The notes: generated by a model not told the origin, from the letters alone. 64,000 bases of DNA from a bacterium (GCA_020350885.1 CP070727.1:757007-821006); one strand, 5' to 3'; positions 1-9,803 are shown, counted from the stretch's first letter. Numbers and translations are program-made.

Positions 1-3000
1 GGCTGTCGTCTCGCTGTTTGCCATCGAGTAAGTTCCGGCCAATTGCCCTGTTTGAAAGCTTTGTACGACAAATGACGTATCCGTAAATGACGCAAGATCC
101 ATCTTCTGGTTGAATGTGGCCTGCACATTCTCATCCCGGCTAACGTTCAGGCTGTTAACGACCGGATCGGTCGAGACGAGCGCCGGCGCCGGAACCGTGG
201 TTCTGTAATACACGGTATTCGGTTCATTGAAGTAGTTCGCACAGGCAATCTCCAGGTCGCCGTCTCCGTCGACATCCCCCAAGGTGATGCCAATGGTCAT
301 ATATGTGACACTCGTGCCCCATGTCGGATTCGTCGCGATTGACCCTCCTTCGTTGAAATAGATAACATTCGCTTCACCAAAGTTCCCGCAGACGAGATCG
401 AGATCGCCATCCCCGTCAATATCTCCCCAGACTATGTCTTGAGTATTCAAATTCGGCGTCGAAGTCCATGCAGCGGAAGACGTCAATGTGCCTGCATCGT
501 TTCGGTAGATGCCGTTCGGTTGATTATAGTTCCCGCAGGCGAGGTCGATGTCGCCGTCACCGTCGTAGTCGCCCCAGGCGACGCTGCCGGTGGGCAGCTC
601 TTCGACCGAGCTCCAGACGGGATCGGTTGTCAGTGTTCCGTCATCGTTCCGGTAGAGTGTGTTCGCGCCGTTCCAGTTGCCGCATGCAAGGTCCAGGTCA
701 CCGTCACCATCGTAGTCACCCCAGGCAACGCTCTCGGTATAATAGGTGGATGTCGAGTTCCAGACAGGCTCGGTGGTCAAGAGTCCACCGTCATTGCGAT
801 AGATTGTATTTGTTGTATCGCCGCCGAAATTCGCAGAGTTCCCGCATACGAGGTCGAGATCTCCGTCTCCGTCGTAATCCCCCCAGGCAATATCCCGCGT
901 ATCGTTGGCCGGTGTCGAGCTCCAGATGGGATTCGAAGTGAGTACCCCGTTGTCATTCCTGTATATTGTATTTGACTTCCCACCGTTTCCGCATGCGAGG
1001 TCGAGGTCGCCGTCACCGTCGCAGTCACCCCACGCGATGCATAACGTGGAATCCGCCATAGTCGCAGTCCATACCGGATCCTTCGTCAAATAGCCGCCGT
1101 CATTTCGATAGACCTCACTCGGTTCATCAATATATCCGAAGGCGAGATCCAGGTCTCCGTCGTTATCGTAATCCCCCCAAGCTGAAGAGTAAGCCCGTGC
1201 GGTAGTATTCGACAGCCAGTACGGCCATCTATAGAGGGAATCCCCGTTGTCGATTGCCCCGACGGTGAATCGCCAGACGTAGGGCTCATCGAGGGGAGTT
1301 TCGAGAGCCGACTCGATGTCGGTTGTAACAACGGCTTCAATTATCTCGCCCGCATGAAAGAGAGAGTCCGGATTGAAGACAGCGGTCGAATCGTTATCCG
1401 TCATCGAGTATATACCTGTGAGGTGGCCGCTCTGGTAACTGTTCACTATAAACGTGGTGTCCACAATGGTCGATGAAGCCATTGCCTCGTTGAATGTCGC
1501 CTCTACATTTGCATCCCGGAGAACATCGTTGGCGTTCGAAACGGGATCGGTCGAGATGAGCTCCGGCTCGGACACTATGACGTTGTAATACACAGTATTC
1601 GGTTGATATTCGAAGTTCCCGCAGGCGAGCTCCAGATCCCCGTCACCGTCCAGATCACCCCAGGCAACGCCGCGTGTATAATAGGTGGAATCGGAGAGCC
1701 AGGCCGCACTCGTCTCGAGCGTTCCTCCAAGATTACGATAGACCGTATTCGACTGGCCATTGTTCCCACATGCAAGGTCCAGATCCCCATCCCCATCGTA
1801 ATCGCCCCATGCGATGCTATAGGTAGTGCGACCAGATAGTGGAGCCCATACAGCGGTAGATGTCAAAACTCCTGCGTCGTTACGGAATATGGCGCTTCCC
1901 CATTCGGTCCCGAAGGCGAGGTCGAGATCACCATCCCCATCATAATCCCCCCAGGCGACACTGGTCGTGTAAGCCGATGTCAGAGGGCTCCAGACAGGGT
2001 CGGTCGTCAAGGTTCCGCCGTCGTTCCGATAGAGTGTGTTCAGATCGGAGTAGTAGTTTGCGCACGCAAGGTCGAGATCGCCGTCGTTGTCGTAATCCCC
2101 CCAGGCAACACCTGTCGTATTATTGCTTGGTGTCGAGCTCCAGACGGGATCGGCAGTCAGTATTCCATCGTCATTGCGATAGAGTGTGTTCGCCTGGGCG
2201 AAGTTCCCACAGACGAGGTCGAGGTCGCCGTCCCCGTCGTAGTCCCCCCATGCGACACCGTACGTTGTATTAGCTGAATTGGAGCTCCATGCGGGACTCG
2301 TCGTTAGAGTTCCGCTATCGTTTCGGTGTATCATATTCGGATCGTTTTGGTTGCCACAGGCGAGATCGAGGTCGCCATCCCCGTCGTAGTCTCCCCAGGC
2401 GATACCTCGAGTAACGGTAGAATATACAGTTGAATTCCATACCGGATCACCGGTGAGGATTCCCCCATCATTACGGTAGAGTGTAGTCGATCCCGTGCCC
2501 CCTCCCACCGCATTCCCACAGGCGAGGTCAAGATCGCCATCGTTGTCGTAATCCCCCAACGCCACGCAGCACGTCGCATTGAGCGTCGTCGATATCCAAG
2601 ACGGCCCATGATAGAGAGAGTCGCCGACGTCTGCCGTCTCGACAGTGAAGCACCAGACGTACGGCGTCTGGAGGGGTGTTCCCCCCGCCGATGTGATGTC
2701 GGTTGTTAATATAGCTTCCATCATCTCACCGGGAAAAAGGATAGAATCCGGATCGAACGTTGCAGTCATACCGTCTTTCGACAGGGAGTAATATCCGACG
2801 TTCTTCCCCGACAGGAAACTGTAGATAATAAAAGTGGTATCATTGATTGTCCCTTTGCTCATGAGGGTGTCGAAGGTTGCCGAAATACTTGTGGTATCAT
2901 CAACGTTGATTTGATTGTTTTGAGGATTGGTCGAGGTAACCTCAGCGGAGTGGATGGCGCCGTATACCATGCACAGCGATATGGCCGTCAATAACAAAAC

Positions 3001-3015
3001 TAGCAATTTATTCAT
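1..3015 (-). CDS. Secreted FG-GAP repeat protein: Ig-like(Big_5)-[7x FG-GAP]-Ig-like-[7x FG-GAP]-Ig-like; runs off the window start (partial)
   Basis: Hand translation from ATG 3015: MNKLLVLLLTAISLCMVYG signal peptide, then 14 W/L-GD-x-D-x-DGD-L-D-L-x-C-G-N motifs in two blocks of 7 separated by STDP-x-x-N..ATF Ig-like units. No in-frame stop in the segments I translated. Absent from the ORF track, consistent with no stop inside the window. Confidence 0.85.
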   Translation of the reverse strand, partial: MNKLLVLLLTAISLCMVYGAIHSAEVTSTNPQNNQINVDDTTSISATFDTLMSKGTINDTTFIIYSFLSGKNVGYYSLSKDGMTATFDPDSILFPGEMMEAILTTDITSAGGTPLQTPYVWCFTVETADVGDSLYHGPSWISTTLNATCCVALGDYDNDGDLDLACGNAVGGGTGSTTLYRNDGGILTGDPVWNSTVYSTVTRGIAWGDYDGDGDLDLACGNQNDPNMIHRNDSGTLTTSPAWSSNSANTTYGVAWGDYDGDGDLDLVCGNFAQANTLYRNDDGILTADPVWSSTPSNNTTGVAWGDYDNDGDLDLACANYYSDLNTLYRNDGGTLTTDPVWSPLTSAYTTSVAWGDYDGDGDLDLAFGTEWGSAIFRNDAGVLTSTAVWAPLSGRTTYSIAWGDYDGDGDLDLACGNNGQSNTVYRNLGGTLETSAAWLSDSTYYTRGVAWGDLDGDGDLELACGNFEYQPNTVYYNVIVSEPELISTDPVSNANDVLRDANVEATFNEAMASSTIVDTTFIVNSYQSGHLTGIYSMTDNDSTAVFNPDSLFHAGEIIEAVVTTDIESALETPLDEPYVWRFTVGAIDNGDSLYRWPYWLSNTTARAYSSAWGDYDNDGDLDLAFGYIDEPSEVYRNDGGYLTKDPVWTATMADSTLCIAWGDCDGDGDLDLACGNGGKSNTIYRNDNGVLTSNPIWSSTPANDTRDIAWGDYDGDGDLDLVCGNSANFGGDTTNTIYRNDGGLLTTEPVWNSTSTYYTESVAWGDYDGDGDLDLACGNWNGANTLYRNDDGTLTTDPVWSSVEELPTGSVAWGDYDGDGDIDLACGNYNQPNGIYRNDAGTLTSSAAWTSTPNLNTQDIVWGDIDGDGDLDLVCGNFGEANVIYFNEGGSIATNPTWGTSVTYMTIGITLGDVDGDGDLEIACANYFNEPNTVYYRTTVPAPALVSTDPVVNSLNVSRDENVQATFNQKMDLASFTDTSFVVQSFQTGQLAGTYSMANSETTA

Positions 3016-3180
3016 AACACACCCCCAAACGAACCGACGCAAAGTCCGTACGAATACATATCGATTGAATTTCCTAAGTTAACGAGCTGTTTCCAAGTTT
3101 AGCAGAAACTGGTGGAATAGTCAATTGCAGCGACTGTCTAAGCCAGCGTGGCTGGTGGCTTTGGGGACTGCTATACGCTA

Positions 3181-3807
3181 CTACCCCCGCCAGAGATATC
3201 TATGATTGCAGCACTCGTGCCCCTGCATGAGGGTCTTGTCACGGACCATGGTTATCTTGTCGTTGAATGAATTTGCCCAGGCGTAATCCCCCCAGCAGAC
3301 CGCGGCGTATCCGATATGACCGGCCTCGGCATGGAGGAAGGTGTCGGCCCAGATACACTCGGTCACCTTGAGTTCGAAGACCGTGTCCGTGTCCTCTACG
3401 ATCTCCTTCGTCAGCACATTCTCGTATCCGGCCCGGAATTGTTTCACGTATGCTTCGAAGCTGTTATCGGAAGATCGATCAGCTTGGCTCTTGCCGAATA
3501 CCGTCATCTTCTCGGCCGTTATCCTCTTGAGAAATTCTATCGTTCGTTCTCTCCCCCACTCCTTCTCCAGCTCCTTCGCAAGGTCTACGAATTCCCGGTA
3601 CCGGTTCGCGTAGAACTGGCGGTACGTGAGTTTCCTGCCGAATTCCTTGTCAAAATTGTGTAAAGCCTCCTGAACCTCTTGTTCTTCGTCGGATAGAGAC
3701 AATGCAAACAAGTGCCTGGTTCCAACGAAGGTCAGTGCACAAGCCGGAGCCACCCGAGTCAGGAAGAACCGGCGGCCAGGGTCGAAAGCACTCCTTTTCT
3801 TCATCAT
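3181..3807 (-). CDS. L-2-amino-thiazoline-4-carboxylic acid hydrolase-like (V4R-type) protein with Tat-like signal
   Basis: GRRFFL twin-arginine motif; VTECIWA, CWGD, RDKTLMQGHECCNHRY motifs; SD GAAGGAGG before ATG 3807/3804. Confidence 0.7.
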   Translation of the reverse strand: MMKKRSAFDPGRRFFLTRVAPACALTFVGTRHLFALSLSDEEQEVQEALHNFDKEFGRKLTYRQFYANRYREFVDLAKELEKEWGRERTIEFLKRITAEKMTVFGKSQADRSSDNSFEAYVKQFRAGYENVLTKEIVEDTDTVFELKVTECIWADTFLHAEAGHIGYAAVCWGDYAWANSFNDKITMVRDKTLMQGHECCNHRYLWRG

Positions 3808-3872
3808 GTCCTCCTTCTGCAAGCCTTTATTGTCCATCCTGTGGATCGTATATCCATTATACCAATAAATAC

Positions 3873-3949
3873 TGGTGGGCGAAGCAGGACTTGAACCTGC
3901 GACCTCCTGCTTGTAAGGCAGGCGCTCTGACCAACTGAGCTATTCGCCC
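3873..3949 (-). tRNA. tRNA-Val(UAC), CCA encoded
   Basis: Reverse complement GGGCGAATAGCTCAGTTGGTCAGAGCGCCTGCCTTACAAGCAGGAGGTCGCAGGTTCAAGTCCTGCTTCGCCCACCA gives a full cloverleaf with anticodon TAC. Confidence 0.97.
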
Positions 3950-3952
3950 ACC

Positions 3953-4108
3953 CTAGAATAGTGCGAGAGGTATGAGAATGCAGTAGCCGAGGACGAGGAG
4001 CGCAGGGGCCAGAGAGATCGAGTTCTTTGCCAAGAAGATATAGCCGACCACTATCGAGACCAGGCCGATGATCAGCAAGATGTTCCTGGCTTTCCGCACG
4101 AAATGCAT
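3953..4108 (-). CDS. Small two-TM membrane protein (51 aa), DUF3098-like; below the ORF-track cutoff
   Basis: MHFVRKARNILLIIGLVSIVVGYIFLAKNSISLAPALLVLGYCILIPLALF*; GAGGAGG upstream; fills the larE-tRNA gap. Confidence 0.65.
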   Translation of the reverse strand: MHFVRKARNILLIIGLVSIVVGYIFLAKNSISLAPALLVLGYCILIPLALF

Positions 4109-4167
4109 GTTTTATTCATCCTCCTCAAGACGTTTTACCGATATCTATCAAAGATAGTTCCAGTCTA

Positions 4168-4992
4168 TCACAAGTCAAGCTCTTCGTTCAAGCTGCCCGA
4201 GCGGAATCCCTCCAGATCGATCGTCACATACTTGAATCCCAGTCCCTTGATGTGCTCGACGAGGTCCCGGCGGATCGGCTCGTCGACGATCCGCCTGATC
4301 TCATCGTGAGCTACCTCTATGCGGGCGATTGCCCCGTGGTGGCGCAGACGGCACTGATGGAAACCGAGTGAGCAGAGGTAATCCTCCGCTTTCCGTATCT
4401 GCTGGATCTTATCCGGAGTAATCGGCTGGTTGTACGGCACCCGCGAGGCGAAGCAAGCCATGGAGAGCTTGTCCCAGGTCGTGAGCCCGCGTTCCTTCGA
4501 GAGTGCGCGGACATCTTCCTTCGTGATCCCCGCCTTGATGAGGGGACTTTTCACCCCGAGCTCCTTGACGGCCTTCATGCCCGGACGATGGTCCTTCGTA
4601 TCATCCATGTTCGATGCCTCGAATACGCAATCGAGATTCCGTTCCTTTGCTATCCCGAGCAGCACCGAGAAGAGGTCCCTCTTGCAGTGATAGCAACGGT
4701 CCGGTGGGTTGTGCTTGAAATGTTTCTTCTTCATCTCATCGATTTCCACCACCACCTGCTCGACGTTAAAGACACTAGCAATCTCCTGTGCCTCCTCGAT
4801 CTCTTTCGAAGGAAAAAGCGGTCCCGTGATCGTCACCGCCAGGACATTCTCACCAAGAACCTCCCTGGTCACATCAAGCAGAAATGTCGAATCGACACCG
4901 CCGGAGAAAGCGACGAGGGCGCCATTACAGCGGGAGATGATCTCCTTGAGTTGTTCCAATTTACGCCGAAGTCCATTGTTGAGCTCTGCCAT
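4168..4992 (-). CDS. larE: LarE-family PP-loop ATP-dependent sulfur transferase (TIGR00268-like)
   Basis: AFSGGVDS PP-loop, RCYHCK, DHRPG, ACFASRVPY, C-terminal GFRSGSLNE. Confidence 0.85.
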   Translation of the reverse strand: MAELNNGLRRKLEQLKEIISRCNGALVAFSGGVDSTFLLDVTREVLGENVLAVTITGPLFPSKEIEEAQEIASVFNVEQVVVEIDEMKKKHFKHNPPDRCYHCKRDLFSVLLGIAKERNLDCVFEASNMDDTKDHRPGMKAVKELGVKSPLIKAGITKEDVRALSKERGLTTWDKLSMACFASRVPYNQPITPDKIQQIRKAEDYLCSLGFHQCRLRHHGAIARIEVAHDEIRRIVDEPIRRDLVEHIKGLGFKYVTIDLEGFRSGSLNEELDL

Positions 4993-5057
4993 CCGCCAAA
5001 CCCCTGTGTTCGAAGTAGTGTTGTAGTAATCAGGTTACAAGAGGATGCCCGGGAAGG

Positions 5058-6125
5058 TTACTCCGCCGTGATCTCCTTCGTCTCCTGTACCTTCTCTACG
5101 CACCTATCCATCGGTTTCGACGGGCGCCTACCGGCCCGTATGCTTTCCTTCGCCCGTACGTGATCGCTCAGGGTTCGGCTGAAGTAGTGCCGGCCGGTCC
5201 CGTCGGCGACAAAATAGAGATCCCTACAGCCCTCAAGGGGCTGCACGGCGGCCGAGAGTGCCGCACGCCCGGGACTGCAGATCGGCCCCGGTGGGAGCCC
5301 CCGAACCCGGTACGTGTTGTACGGGGACTTGACCCTGAGATCCTTGTACCAGAGCTTGCGGCGGATACCGCCCTTGGCGAAGGCGACCGTCGGATCCGCC
5401 TCGAGCCGCCAGCCTTTTCGCAGTCTGTTATGGTACACGGCAGAGATCCTCCGCATCTCTGAGTCGTAGACAGCCTCGGCCTGGATTATCGAAGCGAGTG
5501 TAACTGCCTCGTTCATCGAGAATCCCACCGAATCGGCGAGCGCACACATGCTGTCAGTGAAGATCTCTTTGAAACGATGGACGATCCGTTCGACAACTTC
5601 GAATGTCTCAAGCGGCCAGTTGAATAGATACGTATCCGGGTAGAGATACCCTTCGAGGGACGGCGCCCCCGCAAAACCGAAGTCCCGGATCACCGCCGAA
5701 TCGAATACCATCTGCATGAAGACCGTCGAATCGATCTCGATCTCATCCTGGAGAAGGCCGGCAATCTCATTCGCCATGTACCCTTCGGGGATCACGACAC
5801 GGGCGTACTCGATCTCCCCCTGGATAAGCTTGTGTAGGATGTGGGCGACGCTCTCCCCCTCCCTGAATAGGTAGCGCCCCGCCTTGATATCCTTTTCTCT
5901 TCCTGAGAAATACGCCGCCCAGCGGAAGAGCTTGGGGTGGTTGAGGAGCCCCTCGGCGACGAGGATGTCCTTGACCTGGCGCAGTGACGCCCCCGGTGGA
6001 ATCTTCACAACGACGCGGCACGACGCATCGGTACCTTCCTCGCGATAGTACATATACCCAAAATGTACGAGGGCTATGATTATGAGCGACAGTACTATAG
6101 CCAGAATTGGGGTGGCCCGCTGCAT
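5058..6125 (-). CDS. mltG: Endolytic murein transglycosylase MltG (YceG)
   Basis: N-terminal TM; LEGYLYPDTY, TLASIIQAE, LEADPT, SPYNTY, GLPPGPICSPG. Confidence 0.93.
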   Translation of the reverse strand: MQRATPILAIVLSLIIIALVHFGYMYYREEGTDASCRVVVKIPPGASLRQVKDILVAEGLLNHPKLFRWAAYFSGREKDIKAGRYLFREGESVAHILHKLIQGEIEYARVVIPEGYMANEIAGLLQDEIEIDSTVFMQMVFDSAVIRDFGFAGAPSLEGYLYPDTYLFNWPLETFEVVERIVHRFKEIFTDSMCALADSVGFSMNEAVTLASIIQAEAVYDSEMRRISAVYHNRLRKGWRLEADPTVAFAKGGIRRKLWYKDLRVKSPYNTYRVRGLPPGPICSPGRAALSAAVQPLEGCRDLYFVADGTGRHYFSRTLSDHVRAKESIRAGRRPSKPMDRCVEKVQETKEITAE

Positions 6126-6547
6126 CAGGAATCCCTCTCATCCAGATAACCCTGGAGAAGCAACACCGCGGCGATTCGATCGATATCACCCTTCTCCCGT
6201 ACCCCCCCGCTCCGTTGCATTAATCGTTCCGCCTCGCGGCTTGTCATCCGCTCATCCCGTAGCGCCACCTCGATGTCGAGCTCGGTGCGGATCTCCTCTG
6301 CGAGGCGTCGGGAACGCTCCGTGCCCTCGATCTCCCCACCCGACATAGAGAGCGGCATCCCGACCACGACCAGCCCAACACCGTAGCGCCCGACGACCGA
6401 TCGCAGGTGATCGAGGAGCGTGATACCCCCTCCGGATACAAAGGTCTCAAGCCCCTGGGCGGTAACTCCCAAGGGGTCGCTCACCGCTATTCCCGTTCGC
6501 TTCGTTCCGGGATCGATCCCCAGTATGCGCGCCCCTGGCTCCTCCAT
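6125..6547 (-). CDS. ruvX: YqgF/RuvX nuclease (pre-16S rRNA processing / putative Holliday junction resolvase)
   Basis: ILGIDPGTKRTGIAVSD, VVGMP, DERMTS, IDRIAAVLLLQGYL. Confidence 0.92.
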   Translation of the reverse strand: MEEPGARILGIDPGTKRTGIAVSDPLGVTAQGLETFVSGGGITLLDHLRSVVGRYGVGLVVVGMPLSMSGGEIEGTERSRRLAEEIRTELDIEVALRDERMTSREAERLMQRSGGVREKGDIDRIAAVLLLQGYLDERDS

Positions 6548-6564
6548 CCCGATATGCTACACCT

Positions 6565-8838
6565 TCAGACCGTTCGCTTCAAGACAAGGATGGTGAGATC
6601 GTCGCGTGCACTACCGGGCTTGCTGAAGACATTGATGGTCTCGACGATGGAATCTTTTATGTCTTCGGCACTTCTACCGCTGAGCGAGGAAAGGAGCCCG
6701 TGCAGCCGCTCCTCGCCGTAGAGCTCACCCGAGACGCCCTCGGCCTCGGTAACCCCATCCGTTGTAACAACCAGCGTATCACCGGGTTTGAGCTTCAGCC
6801 TCTGCTCCTCGTAGGCGAAATCGGGGAGCACGCCGAGAATCAGACCGCTGTAGTCGAGCACTTCGACCTTACCGCCGTTCCGAACGAGGACGGGGAAGAA
6901 GTGGCCGGCATTCGTATACAGAAATTCGTGCCGGTGGAGGTTGAGGCATCCGTAGAAGAGGGTGGCGAAACGGTCGGGCGCTGTTGTCTCGCACATGACA
7001 TCGTTCAGGGTGCTTACCACCTCGACCGTATCGTTTATATGATCCATCGTCGACCGAAGGCTCGCTTGGAGAGTAGCCATGAGTAGCGATGCCGGCACCC
7101 CCTTGCCGGAGACATCGGCGACCGCAACGGCGAGATGTGGATCCCGGTGAATGAAGTCATAGTAATCCCCGCCCACCTGCTTGCTCGCCATGCTCAACGC
7201 AGAGACCTCGTAGTCGTCAAGCTTCGGCGGGGACGAGGGAAGCAAGTTGAGCTGGATCGAGCGGGCGAGCGTAAGTTCCTCTTCCATTACGCGCTTCTCC
7301 AGGACCTCCTCGAGCATATCGATTCTCGAGAAGGAGGCGGCGATCTGTGAAGCCAGCATCGAAAGAAGCGCCTGTTCTTCTGTCGAGTACCGGTTCACGT
7401 GCTTGCGCCTGCCCAAGAGCAGCATGGCGGCACAACGGTCCTCCCGTACAACCGGAACGATCATATCGAAGCGTGCGAGCTCCCTGACCACACCGGGTAA
7501 TGTCTCGACAGCTTCATCGATCGCCTTTCTGGAAGGCCTCGGAAAGATACGCCTCCTTACGTTACCGTCGAGAAAATCCATTGCCTCCATGAAATCGAGC
7601 CGGGAGATCGGTTCGCCGACCTGCGCCAGGACGTTTACAACCTTCTCGGCGTAGATGTCCTCATCACGGCTGGCGAGCAGCTCCTCTTCCATCGTCAGCT
7701 CCACCCGCTCGGCGACGAATATATCCGTGAGCTCCTTTTTTACCACTTCCTTGATCTCATTTATCTCGATCATCGACAGGAGTTTTCCGCTCAGGTTCGT
7801 GATTCTCACCCGGGGGCTTCGTTCCACCCGCACGAGCATCCGCTCCGACCACTCCTCTATCCGCCCCAGAATCGGTTGAAAGATAACAATGAATAGGATG
7901 ATGAATCCTGTCTCCAATATCTCCACCCGGAGCCCCGAAAACTGCTGGAAAAATCCGGTTATCTGCTTGATCGTCAGCAGATATACGGTTGTAAAGATCG
8001 CAACGGCAGCCACATACAGGATTCCCTTTCGAGCGATGAGACGGAGATCGAGAAACTGGTGGCGCACGATCGAGTACGCGATCGCCCCTCCCCCCAGGAT
8101 GAGGGAAGCGTTGATGAAGCCTATCGACACGTTCCGGGGAAACTCCATGCCGGCGAAGATCGGGAAAACCCTGGCCAACGAGTATGTAAGGATGCAGAGC
8201 CCCAGGCCGGTCATTACAACACCCATTTGTCTCCGTATCCTCGGTGCCAGATCCCCCCGAAGCGAGCGGCCGATCAGTACCATCGAGAAAACAGCGTAAG
8301 CGATGTTAACCAACGAGAAGAGCTGAGAATGCGCCCTGAAAAGGAGGTCCATGAGGACACCGAATGATTTCGAGAATGCCGTGAGAAATGTAGCAGCGAA
8401 ACCGCTCTGGTCTCCCAGATCGGAAAGCGGCTTGAACATTCTAACCGGGTCGACGCGCTCCAGAAGGAAAACAAGCATAATCAGATGGAAGAGGTGGGGA
8501 AAGAAGAGGATAAAGGCGAACCTCCGTATATAACGCCAGAGCCGGTGCCGGTTCGGATAGACGAGAGCGAAGAGGACAAGCGAGGGGAAAAAGAATTCCC
8601 AGATATAATCGAAAGTAGCTACCAGACCCTGGAAAAGGTAGGTCCCTTCCTTGAGTGTCTGTTCGAGGAGCACACCGAGCGCGCCGAGCAGCGGACCGAA
8701 GCCTGCGAAGAGCAGTACGAGAGCGGTAGACCAGTTGACGATACTACGCATGGAATGGCGCAGTATTGTCACCGCAAGAAAGAATATGATGATACCACAG
8801 ACAAGGTAAAAGGATGCAAGATATGACAACGTTGCCAT
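6565..8838 (-). CDS. Multi-TM sensor + GAF-like domain + SpoIIE/PP2C (RsbU-type) phosphatase
   Basis: About 9 hydrophobic helices at the N-terminus; VGGDYYDF, ADVSGKG, YTNAGH, TTDGVTE, DDLT PP2C motifs. Confidence 0.88.
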   Translation of the reverse strand: MATLSYLASFYLVCGIIIFFLAVTILRHSMRSIVNWSTALVLLFAGFGPLLGALGVLLEQTLKEGTYLFQGLVATFDYIWEFFFPSLVLFALVYPNRHRLWRYIRRFAFILFFPHLFHLIMLVFLLERVDPVRMFKPLSDLGDQSGFAATFLTAFSKSFGVLMDLLFRAHSQLFSLVNIAYAVFSMVLIGRSLRGDLAPRIRRQMGVVMTGLGLCILTYSLARVFPIFAGMEFPRNVSIGFINASLILGGGAIAYSIVRHQFLDLRLIARKGILYVAAVAIFTTVYLLTIKQITGFFQQFSGLRVEILETGFIILFIVIFQPILGRIEEWSERMLVRVERSPRVRITNLSGKLLSMIEINEIKEVVKKELTDIFVAERVELTMEEELLASRDEDIYAEKVVNVLAQVGEPISRLDFMEAMDFLDGNVRRRIFPRPSRKAIDEAVETLPGVVRELARFDMIVPVVREDRCAAMLLLGRRKHVNRYSTEEQALLSMLASQIAASFSRIDMLEEVLEKRVMEEELTLARSIQLNLLPSSPPKLDDYEVSALSMASKQVGGDYYDFIHRDPHLAVAVADVSGKGVPASLLMATLQASLRSTMDHINDTVEVVSTLNDVMCETTAPDRFATLFYGCLNLHRHEFLYTNAGHFFPVLVRNGGKVEVLDYSGLILGVLPDFAYEEQRLKLKPGDTLVVTTDGVTEAEGVSGELYGEERLHGLLSSLSGRSAEDIKDSIVETINVFSKPGSARDDLTILVLKRTV

Positions 8839-8990
8839 GCGGTCTCCTTACGAGATCCTCTACCTACATTTACTTACCAAATAAGCAACCGGTGCGGCCC
8901 CCGCCGACTACATATCATAGTACACACCGCTGTTGCAGAATGTTTCCATGGAGATATGAGAAAAAAGAGCGGATAAATTAGCTGATAGCC

Positions 8991-9419
8991 TCAGTTCCCG
9001 TTTTTGGAAAGCATCTTTTCGAGTTTTACCTTCATTCCGCCATCGGGGAGCATCTCGAAAATAAGGGCGTCCATCATACGTTTCATGATGAAGATACCTC
9101 GTCCCCGCTGCTTGTGGATGTTGGTAGGATCAGGGATATGCTTTAGGTAATCCTTGAAATCGAATCCCTCACCATGATCCTGGATCTCCACCACCAACCT
9201 GTCCGGCTGCATCGAAAAGATCACGTGTACGTTTTCTTCGGGACAACACTTGTTACCGTGTTCGAGAGCATTCGTGCAGGCCTCGATCACGGATATGGCA
9301 ATCTCGTTTGCCGCCTCGTGCTGGAAACCCATACCATCGATGATTTCGTTGCAGACTAAGTCTACGAGATTGAGATACTTGTACTCGCTCGGAAATGCGA
9401 CCAGAATATCCGCCGACAT
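8991..9419 (-). CDS. RsbW/SpoIIAB-like anti-sigma factor Ser kinase (HATPase_c_2)
   Basis: EACTNALEHG N-box, DHGEGFD, RGRGIFIM. Confidence 0.85.
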   Translation of the reverse strand: MSADILVAFPSEYKYLNLVDLVCNEIIDGMGFQHEAANEIAISVIEACTNALEHGNKCCPEENVHVIFSMQPDRLVVEIQDHGEGFDFKDYLKHIPDPTNIHKQRGRGIFIMKRMMDALIFEMLPDGGMKVKLEKMLSKNGN

Positions 9420-9458
9420 GATAGTAACTTCGCCCTCCTCCCTTGGTACGGTTCTCAG

Positions 9459-9803
9459 CTATTCTCTGAAGAAGCTCTCAACCGCTTCGGCCTCGTCATC
9501 GAAACATTCGAAGATCAGGTTCAATTTTGTCACATAGAGGATGCTCTGCAATCTATCGGAAACGTTGAGGAGCTTGAGATCCCCCCCATTCCGTCTCATC
9601 GTAGTATATCCGGTCATGAGTATTCCCACACCCGTTGAGTTGATCCAGTTCACACCGCCGAGGTTCACGATGATCTTCTTGCTGCCTCCGTCGATGATGC
9701 CATGGAGCAAATCCCGGATGTTATCGGCGTCGGGACCGCCCATGAGCTTACCGTGAAGATCGAGGATCACAATCCCTTCTCGTTCACGTTGCTGAACCCG
9801 CAC
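9459..9803 (-). CDS. STAS anti-sigma factor antagonist (RsbV/SpoIIAA-like)
   Basis: GTG start at 9803 with GGAG upstream; NLGGVNWINSTGVG containing the phosphorylatable Ser. Confidence 0.88.
   Translation of the reverse strand: MRVQQREREGIVILDLHGKLMGGPDADNIRDLLHGIIDGGSKKIIVNLGGVNWINSTGVGILMTGYTTMRRNGGDLKLLNVSDRLQSILYVTKLNLIFECFDDEAEAVESFFRE

Noticed and set aside
3873-3949. tRNA-Val as an island integration site
   Set aside because: No integrase and no duplicated tRNA-Val 3' end in the window
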